Virus record (IMG/VR): IMGVR_UViG_3300031521_000040
Span: 1-64,000 of that record
Direction: 5' to 3' (one strand)
Length of the DNA stretch: 64,000 nt
Source of the DNA: a virus
Shown here: one piece after another, positions 9,633-19,821 of the stretch
Layout: the number at the start of each line of letters is the position of its first letter
How positions within the stretch are numbered: the stretch's first letter is position 1
Program-made: the position numbers and the translations under genes
Notes under the pieces: model-generated
What the model saw: only the letters and a program-made list of their open reading frames with translations
What the model was told of the DNA's origin: nothing
The model's database searches: none

Positions 9633-10963
9633 TGAGTTTAGCTGACGATAAAAGAAGTGTTTTTACAACTATTGGTGCATATACATCCTTTAATGGACAA
9701 AACAAGTTACCGAGAGTTGGTGAGTTATATCCATCCATAAACAATAAGAAGGATGTTGTTCCGTATTTGCTTGATCTGTTAAAAACAGTAGCAGGTAGTG
9801 AAGCATTAAAGAAGTTGATGGGTGATATGATTACTAAATTAGTTGTTAATTCCGAAGCTACCATAAAGACAGCGCTAAAGAATCAATTTACTCAATTCAA
9901 TTCAGGGGATAATCTTCCAACTAATTTTAAAACTAATGGTATTGATTTGCCAGTTAAAAATATTGATATAAATGGTAAATTCAAATTAAGCCCAACATCC
10001 GATAGTGGACAATTGTTATATAATAACATAACCCCTAACTTCGATAAAATTGCACACGATGCTATATCAAGTGAAGGAACTTCAATATCGTTTGCTGGTA
10101 TGAATATGGATATTAAATATAGCGAATCTAGTGATAGTTTTAATATAAAGCCACCTGCAGGAATTAACACTAGCATTGGTGAATATTTTAATAACTATAT
10201 TGATAAAGCAGAAATTATCAATAAAAATGAATTTGTAACGAACATCATGGATAGTATCTATGGTGTTTTATCTAAAAAAAATAACAAAACACCTGCTCAA
10301 ATACTTGAAGAACTTAAAGTTGAACAATTACTTGAACAAGTTATTAATGGTGATGATTCTTTTGTAATATTACCTAAAGATTTTGATTCATTATTGCAAA
10401 GAGCAGATGAATTATCAAATGGAATTATTAATTATGATATGGGGTGTGGTCTTATGGCTGCATCATTATCGTTTGATTCACTGAATGCATTAATTAATAC
10501 TATATCTGGCTCAACCGATTCTTTTTTAGTTAGTAATGCTATAGATGCAACGATTGATCAAAGCACCACTGGTAATACACAAACAACAGCCGAAAATAAA
10601 GAAACCATCAAAGATGGATTTTTTCAACGACTAATAAAAATATTTACGGTGCAATTATTACGTGCTGCAACAACAGCACCACAAATACGTGCTTTATTAG
10701 CTATAATGAGTTTTTTTCAGAATAACGGAACTGTTCTAATAGGTAATGCAGTTGATGACATGAAAAAGTTTAAGACGTTAATTAAGTGTATGGCTAATGA
10801 AATTATTAAAATGATTGCCGAATTCATATTTAATCTTGTTGTATCATATTTATTAGTGCTTCTATCACCAATAATTAAAAAAATATTAAAAGAAAAAATA
10901 AATCAGTTTGTTAAGATCATAAAAAGTTTAACAAGCGTTAATAAAGTAATAGGTTCTGGTTAA
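9632..10963 (+). CDS. putative virion/baseplate protein
   Basis: 443 aa in a late operon with a gp5-like gene; hydrophobic C-terminal helix. Confidence 0.5.
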   Translation: MSLADDKRSVFTTIGAYTSFNGQNKLPRVGELYPSINNKKDVVPYLLDLLKTVAGSEALKKLMGDMITKLVVNSEATIKTALKNQFTQFNSGDNLPTNFKTNGIDLPVKNIDINGKFKLSPTSDSGQLLYNNITPNFDKIAHDAISSEGTSISFAGMNMDIKYSESSDSFNIKPPAGINTSIGEYFNNYIDKAEIINKNEFVTNIMDSIYGVLSKKNNKTPAQILEELKVEQLLEQVINGDDSFVILPKDFDSLLQRADELSNGIINYDMGCGLMAASLSFDSLNALINTISGSTDSFLVSNAIDATIDQSTTGNTQTTAENKETIKDGFFQRLIKIFTVQLLRAATTAPQIRALLAIMSFFQNNGTVLIGNAVDDMKKFKTLIKCMANEIIKMIAEFIFNLVVSYLLVLLSPIIKKILKEKINQFVKIIKSLTSVNKVIGSG

Positions 10964-10974
10964 AACATAAATAT

Positions 10975-11382
10975 ATGGCTGTTGATTTTAGTAGTATTGA
11001 TTCAATTATTGAAGGTTTTAATAAAATATTAAACCTCTCATCTATAGGCGGTCCGCCCCCTGTACCAACACCATTAATTTTAGTGGGAGTACCTCAACGT
11101 ACTGGTTTATCACCAACAAAAATTGCTTCACGCATTATTGCAAGAAAAAGTGAAGCTGGTTTACCTGTTGGCGCTTTACCTTCAGGTGCTATAAGTCCTG
11201 ATGAAATTATGGAACGCATTAGAATTGAAGAAATTATTAGTGCACTACAACTTGAAGCAATCATTACTGTGGGCATACCACCCGGGATAACAATCAGTGC
11301 TGCAGGTGTTTCACCAACAGGACCTGTTTCCGTCTTTGGCTCAACAATAACATTTTCTAAAGGATATGCAGTAATACAATAA
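10975..11382 (+). CDS. putative baseplate/spike-associated protein
   Basis: small Pro/Gly-rich protein in a late operon. Confidence 0.45.
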   Translation: MAVDFSSIDSIIEGFNKILNLSSIGGPPPVPTPLILVGVPQRTGLSPTKIASRIIARKSEAGLPVGALPSGAISPDEIMERIRIEEIISALQLEAIITVGIPPGITISAAGVSPTGPVSVFGSTITFSKGYAVIQ

Positions 11383-11387
11383 ATAAT

Positions 11388-11594
11388 ATGGAAAATTTAG
11401 CGCAATATACACCAACAGAATTACTTTCAATGGTTAATAGAACACATGAGCTTCATGAGACTTTAAAACAGAACATTATTGATTTTAGCATTGAGCTAGA
11501 TGAACTTGAAGCTAAAATCAATGAAAAACTAAGGCTATTGGATGAAGTTGAAAAACAATATATTGAATTAGTTGAAGAAATAAATAACCGATAA
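11388..11594 (+). CDS. small coiled-coil protein
   Basis: heptad-rich 68-aa ORF coupled to the next gene. Confidence 0.6.
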   Translation: MENLAQYTPTELLSMVNRTHELHETLKQNIIDFSIELDELEAKINEKLRLLDEVEKQYIELVEEINNR

Positions 11595-12481
11595 TGTACG
11601 ACAAACCTATAATACACACATCTAATCCTTACAAACAAGAAGGAAGCTCAACAGAAATCACCAGAACAATTTACTATGGCGAAGTGATATCAATTGATGA
11701 TGCTACCGATGGTGGTATTATAAAAGTACGAATACAAGGTTTGGATAATAAAACAGCAAATGTAGACTTGCCTGCATGTTATCCGTTATTACCTAAATTT
11801 TTTCATTTATATCCACAAATCGGAGAAGTTGTTAGAATCTTTATTGAGAATATAAGATACCCTGAACGAAGTAGATTTTGGATTGGTAGTGTTATATCAC
11901 AACCACAAAAAATAGGCTTAGATTTGATCTATACTGCTTTATCGACCACTAATATAGGTGTTACCTCTCCAGAAAGAGCACCATCGACATATCCAGATGC
12001 TGATGGTGTGTTTCCATTGAAAACAGATGTTGCAATTGTTGGTAAAATTAACACTGATATTATTCTACGCATAAATGAAGTTCATATTCGTGCAGGTAAA
12101 CATGAAAATGATAATATTTTAAAGTTAAATACTAAAAATCCAGCTGAAATTAGTTTAGTGTTTGAAAAAACAAGTGATAGCACCGATTTTCAAAGCAGTG
12201 CTATCATAACCAGCGATAAAATTGCTTTGATATCACATACTGGAAATCCACAATTTAAAGCTGTTCGTGTTGATAGCGCAGAAAGAGAACGAATCTTTGC
12301 TGAAGGTCATCCAATTGCCAGAGGCGATGTATTGGTACAGGCATTAGAAATCATTCGTAATGCATTGATTAATCATATTCACGGCTATTCTGGCTTAGGA
12401 GCAGACAAAACATCAGTCATCAATGACTTAGAAAAATTAAATTTTGAGGGTATCTTACAAAAAAACATTGTAACTAATTAA
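11594..12481 (+). CDS. baseplate hub/spike protein with gp5/gpV-type N-terminal OB fold
   Basis: GEVISIDD..GGIIKVRI...CYPLLP...PQIGEVV...RFWIG; C-terminal HIH metal-tip-like motif. Confidence 0.7.
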   Translation: MYDKPIIHTSNPYKQEGSSTEITRTIYYGEVISIDDATDGGIIKVRIQGLDNKTANVDLPACYPLLPKFFHLYPQIGEVVRIFIENIRYPERSRFWIGSVISQPQKIGLDLIYTALSTTNIGVTSPERAPSTYPDADGVFPLKTDVAIVGKINTDIILRINEVHIRAGKHENDNILKLNTKNPAEISLVFEKTSDSTDFQSSAIITSDKIALISHTGNPQFKAVRVDSAERERIFAEGHPIARGDVLVQALEIIRNALINHIHGYSGLGADKTSVINDLEKLNFEGILQKNIVTN

Positions 12482-12490
12482 TTAAATTAG

Positions 12491-12498
12491 TATTTTTG
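12491..12498 (+). promoter_or_regulatory. Bacteroidota-type -7 element
   Basis: TATTTTTG just upstream of ATG 12503; ATTG 20 nt further upstream. Confidence 0.4.
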
Positions 12499-12502
12499 CC
12501 CC

Positions 12503-13297
12503 ATGAATATATCAATACCCATACCGCAGGAGTTATTCACTGCTTTTAATGACGTTACGTTTTTTGACGAACCGCATAAGTATTATGTGAATAATAGGGA
12601 ATTGATTTCTGTTACTACATTAATTCACCAATATCAAGGTGATTTTGAATCTGATTATTGGTCTGACTATAAGGCAAAACAGTTTAACCTCAAGCAATAC
12701 CAAATATTACGAGCATGGAACTTTATAAATAAGAAAGGTACTGTTAAAGGTTCTGCTATTCATGATTATGCTGAAAATTTATTTCAAAATAAAAAATATG
12801 AATATCCAAAAAATATCATATTAAAAGAATTTGGATTTGATCCTGTTATAAATGAATACATGAAAACCAAATCACATGTAAACAACTTCTATAACGATGT
12901 ACAAGGTAGATTGATTCCAATTAGAGCCGAATTAGTAATGTATGATAAGGAAACATACATCGGGGGAATGCTCGATATGTTATTCTATAATGTGAAGGCA
13001 AAGGAGTTTCAAATTTGGGATCATAAAACTAATAAGGATTTTACATATGAAGAACCATCAAGACACTTATTAGATGAATTATTTTTACTGGAAGATTGTG
13101 ATTTAGAGGTTTATTCGTTACAACTTGGTTTATATAAGTATATTATAGAGAAAAATGTGCCAATAAAATTAGGAAAATCGTATTTAATATGGTATTCGCA
13201 CAATAATGAAAATTATGAAATAATTGAATGTAAGGATAGAACATATTATGTAAATAAAATCATTGAGAAAAGAATTGAAGAAATTAAAGGTCTTTGA
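12503..13297 (+). CDS. PD-(D/E)XK exonuclease (Cas4/RecB-like)
   Basis: H.YY...SVTT, GSAIH, E...GMLD...IWDHKT, YSLQL..Y motifs. Confidence 0.8.
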   Translation: MNISIPIPQELFTAFNDVTFFDEPHKYYVNNRELISVTTLIHQYQGDFESDYWSDYKAKQFNLKQYQILRAWNFINKKGTVKGSAIHDYAENLFQNKKYEYPKNIILKEFGFDPVINEYMKTKSHVNNFYNDVQGRLIPIRAELVMYDKETYIGGMLDMLFYNVKAKEFQIWDHKTNKDFTYEEPSRHLLDELFLLEDCDLEVYSLQLGLYKYIIEKNVPIKLGKSYLIWYSHNNENYEIIECKDRTYYVNKIIEKRIEEIKGL

Positions 13298-14087
13298 ATT
13301 GTATTCTTTTTCTTAACAATCCCAATTCATATATGTCGTAATCAAAATACAGATAATTTTCGAATTTTAATAAATCTTTTTTATTTGATACTCTTATTTG
13401 TGATGACCTTCCACCTCTACTCATAATAATTCTATATTTAAAATTTTCAATTTTTATTTTTTTGAAAAATTGAATAATGAAAGCCCAATCTTGTTCTGCA
13501 TGTCCAGTAAACGCTATTGAATGATGTCCTTTATTTTTTATTGTTACCGACCCATCCCCATCAAAAAATCCTCTAAACCAATAAACTCTTAAATCATCAG
13601 GTATTTTATTTAAAATTTTTTCAGGAGATTTTAGTTTATTTTTATAATCGTGTTCAATTAAATAATCACCTATTTTTCTATCAGATATCCAATTAGTATT
13701 AATTAATTTTTTCTCATTAGCAAAACTTCCTTTATTTACCGACTGAAATGTATTCCATTTACCTATTTCGTTTAGCGTTTTTAAAAAATATATGTTATCA
13801 TCTGGTTTGGATGAATGTTTTATAATAGGTGTTTTTGCATTGTTATTAGAATATGCAATATGACCGTCAGCCCATAATAATCCTAAAATATATGCAACCT
13901 CTTTTGTTGTAATGTTTTCAAATTGTTCGAAATTAACGTGTCTGTTTTTGTGTAAATTCAATGTAGCCACTTTTGCTTTTATTGAGTACTTTTCCTTGTT
14001 TAACGTACTGACACAGTAGTCAAGACCATGTTTAGGATACTCGTTTTTGATGAATTCTATTTCTTTATCGCTATAAGTATTTTTCAT
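13284..14087 (-). CDS. free-standing LAGLIDADG homing endonuclease
   Basis: two motifs, AYILGLLWADG and WFRGFFDGDG. Confidence 0.9.
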   Translation of the reverse strand: MKNTYSDKEIEFIKNEYPKHGLDYCVSTLNKEKYSIKAKVATLNLHKNRHVNFEQFENITTKEVAYILGLLWADGHIAYSNNNAKTPIIKHSSKPDDNIYFLKTLNEIGKWNTFQSVNKGSFANEKKLINTNWISDRKIGDYLIEHDYKNKLKSPEKILNKIPDDLRVYWFRGFFDGDGSVTIKNKGHHSIAFTGHAEQDWAFIIQFFKKIKIENFKYRIIMSRGGRSSQIRVSNKKDLLKFENYLYFDYDIYELGLLRKRIQFKDL

Positions 14088-14120
14088 TAATATTTGTATT
14101 AGTTTCCCATTATTTAATTA

Positions 14121-14149
14121 ATTAAAAGTCACTATTAGTGACCTTTAAT
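14121..14149 (-). terminator. intrinsic terminator after the tail tube gene
   Basis: attaaaagtcact-att-agtgacctttaat inverted repeat. Confidence 0.6.
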
Positions 14150-14202
14150 GTATTCCGAAGGCTACATTATCATAGCGCAACTCTTATACCGTAGCCCGAA
14201 GG

Positions 14203-14694
14203 TTACATATTAAGAATACAGCGATATGGCTGAATTTCTAATGTTATGTTGGTTAGTTCATCTGAACCATAGTCATTATCACCAAAATCAATTGATGTGA
14301 TCATACATTGTTCCAAGAACCATTTTTCAACTTCAACGCCTGTTGGGTCTAATGCTTTTAATAGAATATTTTTAGCATAACCTGCTTTATATCCCATACG
14401 ACCTGAAATTGACTCTGCATGTAAACGAACCCATTCCATAAGTTGCTGTGAGGTAGAAGGACCGATTGGGTCAAGAAATGTAATCGACATTGCTTCCCAA
14501 TTATATCTACCAGCAACATAGTTGCGTTCATTCATATAATCAATTTGTACTGAATTTATTTTCATAGAAGGTCTTTTAAACTTTTGTACCTTCCATACTT
14601 CGATTCCTAATTCATCAGCGAACTCAACAAAGAATCGATTAGTTCTTTTAGGTTCATATGTAAACGGAATTCCACGAATCATTTCTCCTGCCAT
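14203..14694 (-). CDS. gp19: tail tube protein (T4 gp19-like)
   Basis: EPKRTNRF, YVAGRYNW, DPIGPS..QQLMEW, LDPTG.EVEKW.L; downstream of sheath. Confidence 0.9.
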   Translation of the reverse strand: MAGEMIRGIPFTYEPKRTNRFFVEFADELGIEVWKVQKFKRPSMKINSVQIDYMNERNYVAGRYNWEAMSITFLDPIGPSTSQQLMEWVRLHAESISGRMGYKAGYAKNILLKALDPTGVEVEKWFLEQCMITSIDFGDNDYGSDELTNITLEIQPYRCILNM

Positions 14695-14760
14695 AATATT
14701 TATTATTAAAATAGTGTTATATTTTGCAATTTATTTTTTATCCTTGCATTTTATTTTTAT

Positions 14761-14768
14761 ATAAATAC
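14761..14768 (-). promoter_or_regulatory. putative late promoter GTATTTAT (tail tube)
   Basis: in the intergenic region upstream of ATG 14694. Confidence 0.65.
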
Positions 14769-14792
14769 TATGCGATATAAAAAACAATAACA

Positions 14793-15194
14793 TTATCTGC
14801 CTGTTCTTCTAAAACTTCTAAGTTCACTGATTGACGGTACTGGTACTTCAATTTGCATTGTTTCTGGCTCATGAAAGAACCCAAGCAATACTTTTTCTTC
14901 AACAGGTTCTGGCTCTATAATCGTTTCTTCACTAATTAATTCGTTACTATCTGTTTCTTCACTAATTAATTCGTTACTATCTGTTTCTTCACTAATTAAT
15001 TCGTTACTATCTGTTTCTTCACTAATTAATTCGTTACTATCTGTTTCTTCACTAATTAATTCGTTACTATCTGTTTCTTCAGCGATTAGTTCATTATCAT
15101 TAGTTTTATTTGTAATTAATCCATCGCTGTTTTCAGTCAACAACGTGGTTTTGGTTTCTGGATTGATTAAGTCTGAAATTACTTTTTTTTTCAT
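14793..15194 (-). CDS. acidic repeat protein (NELISEETDS)n
   Basis: 133-aa ORF with its own GTATTTAT motif at 15212-15219. Confidence 0.65.
   Translation of the reverse strand: MKKKVISDLINPETKTTLLTENSDGLITNKTNDNELIAEETDSNELISEETDSNELISEETDSNELISEETDSNELISEETDSNELISEETIIEPEPVEEKVLLGFFHEPETMQIEVPVPSISELRSFRRTGR
14923..15100. repeat. 30-bp tandem repeat, 5 perfect copies plus 1 degenerate
   Basis: unit gtttcttcactaattaattcgttactatct, in frame with the 133-aa ORF. Confidence 0.95.
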
Positions 15195-15229
15195 AATATT
15201 AATATTTTTATATAAATACTTAAAAACAT

Positions 15230-15254
15230 AAAACCCACCAATTTGGTGGGTTTT
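15230..15254. terminator. intrinsic terminator
   Basis: aaaacccacca-att-tggtgggtttt. Confidence 0.8.
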
Positions 15255-15264
15255 GACATAGTTA

Positions 15265-16839
15265 TTAAATATTATTTATAAACATATATTTGTTATTTCC
15301 ACAATCATATATTCTAGGTATTTTCCTCTCCAACATTATTTCATGCTCTGTTTTGCTATTATCAAAGCCGTTGGTTACTAAGACATCTTTTCTAAATAAA
15401 AATCTGTGTTTTCTTTCTTTACCCACGACATACCAATAGTTAGGACTTGTAGTGTAAAGATATTCAAATTTTAATTGTTTATAGAGATTTCCATTGCTAT
15501 ACCGTTTATTGGCGAAGGTGATTACTGTTTTAGGTATGTAATGCAACAAAAAATATTTAAATAACTTAGATGCTGCACCTATATTACTATGATTTATTTT
15601 ATTACAAAATCTTAGCATTTCATAGTCATTCTCGTCGTTTTTCGTTTTGTTTCCTAAAACATTTCTGAGTTTACCAAACGTCATTAATGATATTAATTCA
15701 TTATTATTAAACAAGCCGATTTTTATTGATGAATTAACATTACCTTGTATGTGATTATTGTTTAGAAATTCCAGAGAGGTTTTACTATCAATTTCCCTTA
15801 TAATACATTTTCTAGCAAATATTTTGTGACTTGTTAAATTTAGTTTATTTTTTATAATTGATAATATGACATCATATTTTTCCAACAGCTCGTCTTCAAA
15901 GAAGTGTAATAATTGAATATTCTTTTCTTCACACATTTTAGTTTTTTTAATATGATAATCATCATCTATGTAGTATTCGGAGTGCCAATATAGTCCATCG
16001 ATTTCAATGGCTAAACGATAATCAGGAATGTAAATATCAAGCTCCAATCCAATAGTCTTTCTGTCGTTAGGAATATATGTTATATTACTTTCCTTTAAAA
16101 AATTACACAGTTTTCTTTCAAATGTTGTCCTAGGTGAACCAATTGGCTGTATTGTAGTGGATAACTCAACATTATGATTTAATCTGTTGTTGATCTGTTT
16201 TCTATTGCCAATAAAAACATGTCCATCCGGATGCAACACTTTTATGTTTTCATTAATAAATTCAAGTATTTTATACCCGCTTTCTTCAAATTTTTTTGAA
16301 AGAGCCAGTTGTCTTTTTATCTCTAATTTGGCTAATATATTTTTATGTATTTCAGCACCTCTTATTTTATATGTTTTTCTAAGATTACCCAAAGCTTTTA
16401 ATCTAACCTCTTCAATTTGAAACGTGTTATCAACGCCATATTTTTCAAAAACAGCTTTTTGTGTGGCTTTTATTCTTAATATAATATTTTCGGGTCTAGC
16501 CTGCCACTCAACTCTACATTTTTCACTGCAAAACATTCTTTCATGTGTAATCTTCTCAACAAACAATTCACCACAGATCAAGCATTTTCTAGTTTCTCTA
16601 GAATTAATTTTTTTTGCTTCATCCGAGCATAGTCGTGAACAATATCTAGTGTTGAATTTTTTTTTCGATCTAAATATTATTCCACAGCGCTCACATGGTT
16701 TTTCGATATAATATTTTTCATCATTTTTTTCTCTAAAATTTAGTTTACATTCTTTTGAGCAAAACATTGTTTCACGTCCTTTTTTAACATGAAATTCATT
16801 GCTGCAATGTTTACATACTAATTTAATAACTGTTGCCAT
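15265..16839 (-). CDS. Hef-like homing endonuclease: Zn fingers, Vsr/PD-(D/E)XK nuclease and C-terminal GNAT(Mom)-like domain
   Basis: three CxxC..(F/Y)CS..C repeats; LELDIYIP..LAIEIDGLYWHS; ARKC..NHIQG..MTFG..EMLRFC..GAASKL..YDCG. Confidence 0.8.
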   Translation of the reverse strand: MATVIKLVCKHCSNEFHVKKGRETMFCSKECKLNFREKNDEKYYIEKPCERCGIIFRSKKKFNTRYCSRLCSDEAKKINSRETRKCLICGELFVEKITHERMFCSEKCRVEWQARPENIILRIKATQKAVFEKYGVDNTFQIEEVRLKALGNLRKTYKIRGAEIHKNILAKLEIKRQLALSKKFEESGYKILEFINENIKVLHPDGHVFIGNRKQINNRLNHNVELSTTIQPIGSPRTTFERKLCNFLKESNITYIPNDRKTIGLELDIYIPDYRLAIEIDGLYWHSEYYIDDDYHIKKTKMCEEKNIQLLHFFEDELLEKYDVILSIIKNKLNLTSHKIFARKCIIREIDSKTSLEFLNNNHIQGNVNSSIKIGLFNNNELISLMTFGKLRNVLGNKTKNDENDYEMLRFCNKINHSNIGAASKLFKYFLLHYIPKTVITFANKRYSNGNLYKQLKFEYLYTTSPNYWYVVGKERKHRFLFRKDVLVTNGFDNSKTEHEIMLERKIPRIYDCGNNKYMFINNI

Positions 16840-16905
16840 ATATTCCGATATTTAACTTAATCCAACAGGGTTAATCTTGCAAATATAAATACTTAATATA
16901 ACAAA

Positions 16906-16938
16906 AAAAAGACAATTAAATAAATTAATTGTCTTTTT
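16906..16938 (-). terminator. intrinsic terminator after the sheath gene
   Basis: aaaaagacaattaa...ttaattgtcttttt. Confidence 0.7.
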
Positions 16939-16964
16939 AGTAATATGTTGTAAATTATTGTTTA

Positions 16965-19757
16965 TTAGTCAGTAAAAGATGCACCAGATGGACTAATGGT
17001 GAACGTTATTCCTATGAATTCAACAGCACGTGTTGGTTTTAGTTGAATTTCACCATAGAGTTCATTTCTATCATTACTTTCTGTTGTATTATTACTACTA
17101 TCCATTTTGATTCTAAAATCAAGTAAGCCTCTTTCTCTCTTGATTGTATCTAGAATAGGTGTTGCTTTTGATAAGAATTGATCGATAGTTGTCTGATCGT
17201 TTTGCTCGAAAACAAGTCTGATTGCGATATTAGCAATAAGTACTTTAATTTGAAGTAATAATCTACGAACATTAATCCTATTAAGTGCAGTTTCTTTAAC
17301 TTGCAATGTTTTTTGTCCGAAGATTGCAGTTCCAGTATCAGCGAAGTCAGCCATTGGGTTAATTCTGCCAGCATATAAAATATCTCTTGCTTCTTGTGAT
17401 AATTTATATTTAGATTTTCTAGCATTAGTAACGCCTCTATTCAAACCTGCTGGCGCAAACCATGGAAATGATGAATTATCTGTAAATGCCATTGCTCGTA
17501 CTACTTCACCTGTAGGTGGAATATAAACGTTTACATTATTTTGAGTATCCCTCAACTGAATCCATGGAAAATAAGTACATGAATAGCTACTATCAATACC
17601 TGCAGTATCCAATAAATCAACAATATCTTGTGCTGCAATAACATCTGCTTTACCGTTGTCTCCAACTGCAATGCTGACATTTACATCAGGTGTATCGATA
17701 ATATATAACGTATCGGTTCTTTGTGTTTCAATCATTTCGATTGTATCTTGAATGATTATATTGTTATCAGACCAGTTTATGCCCGGGGTTGCAAACAAGT
17801 TAATTGTAACTTCTTCAGGATTTGCAAATACGTTAATAGCTGTTTCCCATGCTTGGAAGTCGTTTGTTGGACTACCGTTTGGTACTACGCCATCATAAAG
17901 TCCGTTTAAACGATATAAATCACCATATGAACGACCATCCCTATTAACGTCCCATCCATCAAAACCACCAGCAGGCGCTAATGTGAATTTTCTTGTGTTA
18001 ATATCATAATATGCCGATGTTGAATCAGTTACATCATTAATCGTTTGGAATGTATCAATACCACCGTCAAAGCTATAACCATTTGAGGTTACACCAGAAG
18101 CATGTATGTCCATATGGAAACCTTGTGTTTCAATGTGACTACCAGTACTAATTTGCCCATTAAAATTAAAATAGTTTTGGTTAATACCTACACCTTTAAC
18201 ACTTGGGCTGCTATATGCTGTTTCAGAAATACCTAAGAATACTTTCTTTATTCTGTCATCAGCATTATAATATGTTTTATAGAAAACTTGTGGAGCAATA
18301 CCTGCAATTACGCCAGCTGTGCTACCAGATGTTGTTGCTGAAACTGCATAGTTATTAAATAAGTATCCTTCAAAACCAGCTGGAAAATCACCAATAGTTA
18401 AATCGCTTGCGACTTCAACCATAACGAATTTACTTAACAAGTCATAATCACCATCAATAGTACCGATTCTCTGACCAATATAGTTATTCTGCCCTTTAAT
18501 TATGCTACATCTTGAAAATGTTTCTAATACACTTACATTATCATCAGTATCGTTGAAATCACGAATGATTACATCAAATTCTAATGATATTGGGTTAATG
18601 TTAGCAATACTAATTTTAATTTCTTGATTAGCTGCATTTCCATCTGAAATACTAATAAACTTGAATAATCTGCTAACAGAATTACCTTTAATCTGACTTA
18701 CTACCCATGGAGTTTCAGGTGTTTTAAATTGTGTTTTATAGTTGCTAAAGAAACTAGTATTACATGCGATAATTTTAGTGTTTACACCAAATGCATATGG
18801 CGAAATACCAGAAATTCCATATATTGCCCATTGACTACCAAAAGTAGCACCATCGCTATCAAGTTTCTTTATCAAATCAGGATAAACTGCTTCAGCCCAA
18901 ATTTTAGTTGTTTTATCTTTTGCATCAAATCCGATTACGTTAGGTATAAAGCTACTTGCATCAGGATTTAATGAAACAACATACATTTCTTTTGTTGAAC
19001 CGCTTATTGCATTTAAATTAAACGTGCCGAATAAGTTGCCAATGCCCGTTGATGTTGTGTTTCCTGAAATAGTTAACGTTGTTGCATCAAATACTGTTGT
19101 TGAATTGGCATTTACATTATCTACAACATTACCTCTACTTCTAACAACACCTAACACCATATTTTTATAGTCAGTGTATTCAGTGCCATTAAATGTAGTT
19201 GCTGTTATTGAAACAGTACCGCTTCCAGTACTTGCGCTGTAGGTAATTGCTTTAAACGTTTTTGATATTCCACTAAATGCAGTATCACTATATTTAGTAA
19301 ATCCGCCAAATACAACGCCAGTATCACCTGATGCATAAATTGAAACGCCTAAGTAAGTATTATTGGTATATGATGCTGTGGTAACACCTGTAGCACCTTT
19401 ACTTACAGTTGATGGATCAATACCAGCATTTAATGTAAGTGCCCAAGCTTTTCCTGCATTATATCCGCTTAAACCCAATACTCTAGTTACCCATAATTGA
19501 TTAGTTTCTTCCAGATATGAATTAGCTACATATGGTAATTGATATTGAAGATTACCGTTGGTAAATCTTTGGGTTGTTTGTGCTCCAAATCTGTTAGCAA
19601 ATTCAGTTTTGTCCTGTACGTAAACCTTCTCAAAGGCAGGTCCTTTAAGGGTTTCGCCAACAAGTCCTAATGTTGTAATACCTACGTTTCTTGTTACAAA
19701 GGTTAGGTCTTGTTCTTTAAATTTATACCCCGGTGAGGTAAATACAAATTCTGCCAT
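16965..19757 (-). CDS. gp18: tail sheath protein (T4 gp18-like)
   Basis: SPG N-terminus; WFAPAGLNRG, RINP, FGQKTLQ, RINVRRLL, FEQND, KPTRAVEFI. Confidence 0.95.
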   Translation of the reverse strand: MAEFVFTSPGYKFKEQDLTFVTRNVGITTLGLVGETLKGPAFEKVYVQDKTEFANRFGAQTTQRFTNGNLQYQLPYVANSYLEETNQLWVTRVLGLSGYNAGKAWALTLNAGIDPSTVSKGATGVTTASYTNNTYLGVSIYASGDTGVVFGGFTKYSDTAFSGISKTFKAITYSASTGSGTVSITATTFNGTEYTDYKNMVLGVVRSRGNVVDNVNANSTTVFDATTLTISGNTTSTGIGNLFGTFNLNAISGSTKEMYVVSLNPDASSFIPNVIGFDAKDKTTKIWAEAVYPDLIKKLDSDGATFGSQWAIYGISGISPYAFGVNTKIIACNTSFFSNYKTQFKTPETPWVVSQIKGNSVSRLFKFISISDGNAANQEIKISIANINPISLEFDVIIRDFNDTDDNVSVLETFSRCSIIKGQNNYIGQRIGTIDGDYDLLSKFVMVEVASDLTIGDFPAGFEGYLFNNYAVSATTSGSTAGVIAGIAPQVFYKTYYNADDRIKKVFLGISETAYSSPSVKGVGINQNYFNFNGQISTGSHIETQGFHMDIHASGVTSNGYSFDGGIDTFQTINDVTDSTSAYYDINTRKFTLAPAGGFDGWDVNRDGRSYGDLYRLNGLYDGVVPNGSPTNDFQAWETAINVFANPEEVTINLFATPGINWSDNNIIIQDTIEMIETQRTDTLYIIDTPDVNVSIAVGDNGKADVIAAQDIVDLLDTAGIDSSYSCTYFPWIQLRDTQNNVNVYIPPTGEVVRAMAFTDNSSFPWFAPAGLNRGVTNARKSKYKLSQEARDILYAGRINPMADFADTGTAIFGQKTLQVKETALNRINVRRLLLQIKVLIANIAIRLVFEQNDQTTIDQFLSKATPILDTIKRERGLLDFRIKMDSSNNTTESNDRNELYGEIQLKPTRAVEFIGITFTISPSGASFTD

Positions 19758-19821
19758 GTCTAATATTTATTTATTTTTTTTATTATTATTTTAATTTTAA
19801 AGCTGTTTCCTGCTTTCTACA

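Noticed and set aside
14088-14212. Group I intron or known small ribozyme linked to the LAGLIDADG gene
   Set aside because: The tube gene appears complete, and I could not match group I core, hammerhead, twister or HDV-like consensus elements by eye.
14923-15100. 30-bp repeats as a CRISPR array, with the Cas4-like nuclease at 12503 nearby
   Set aside because: The units are contiguous with no unique spacers and are in frame with an ORF; no cas operon is present.
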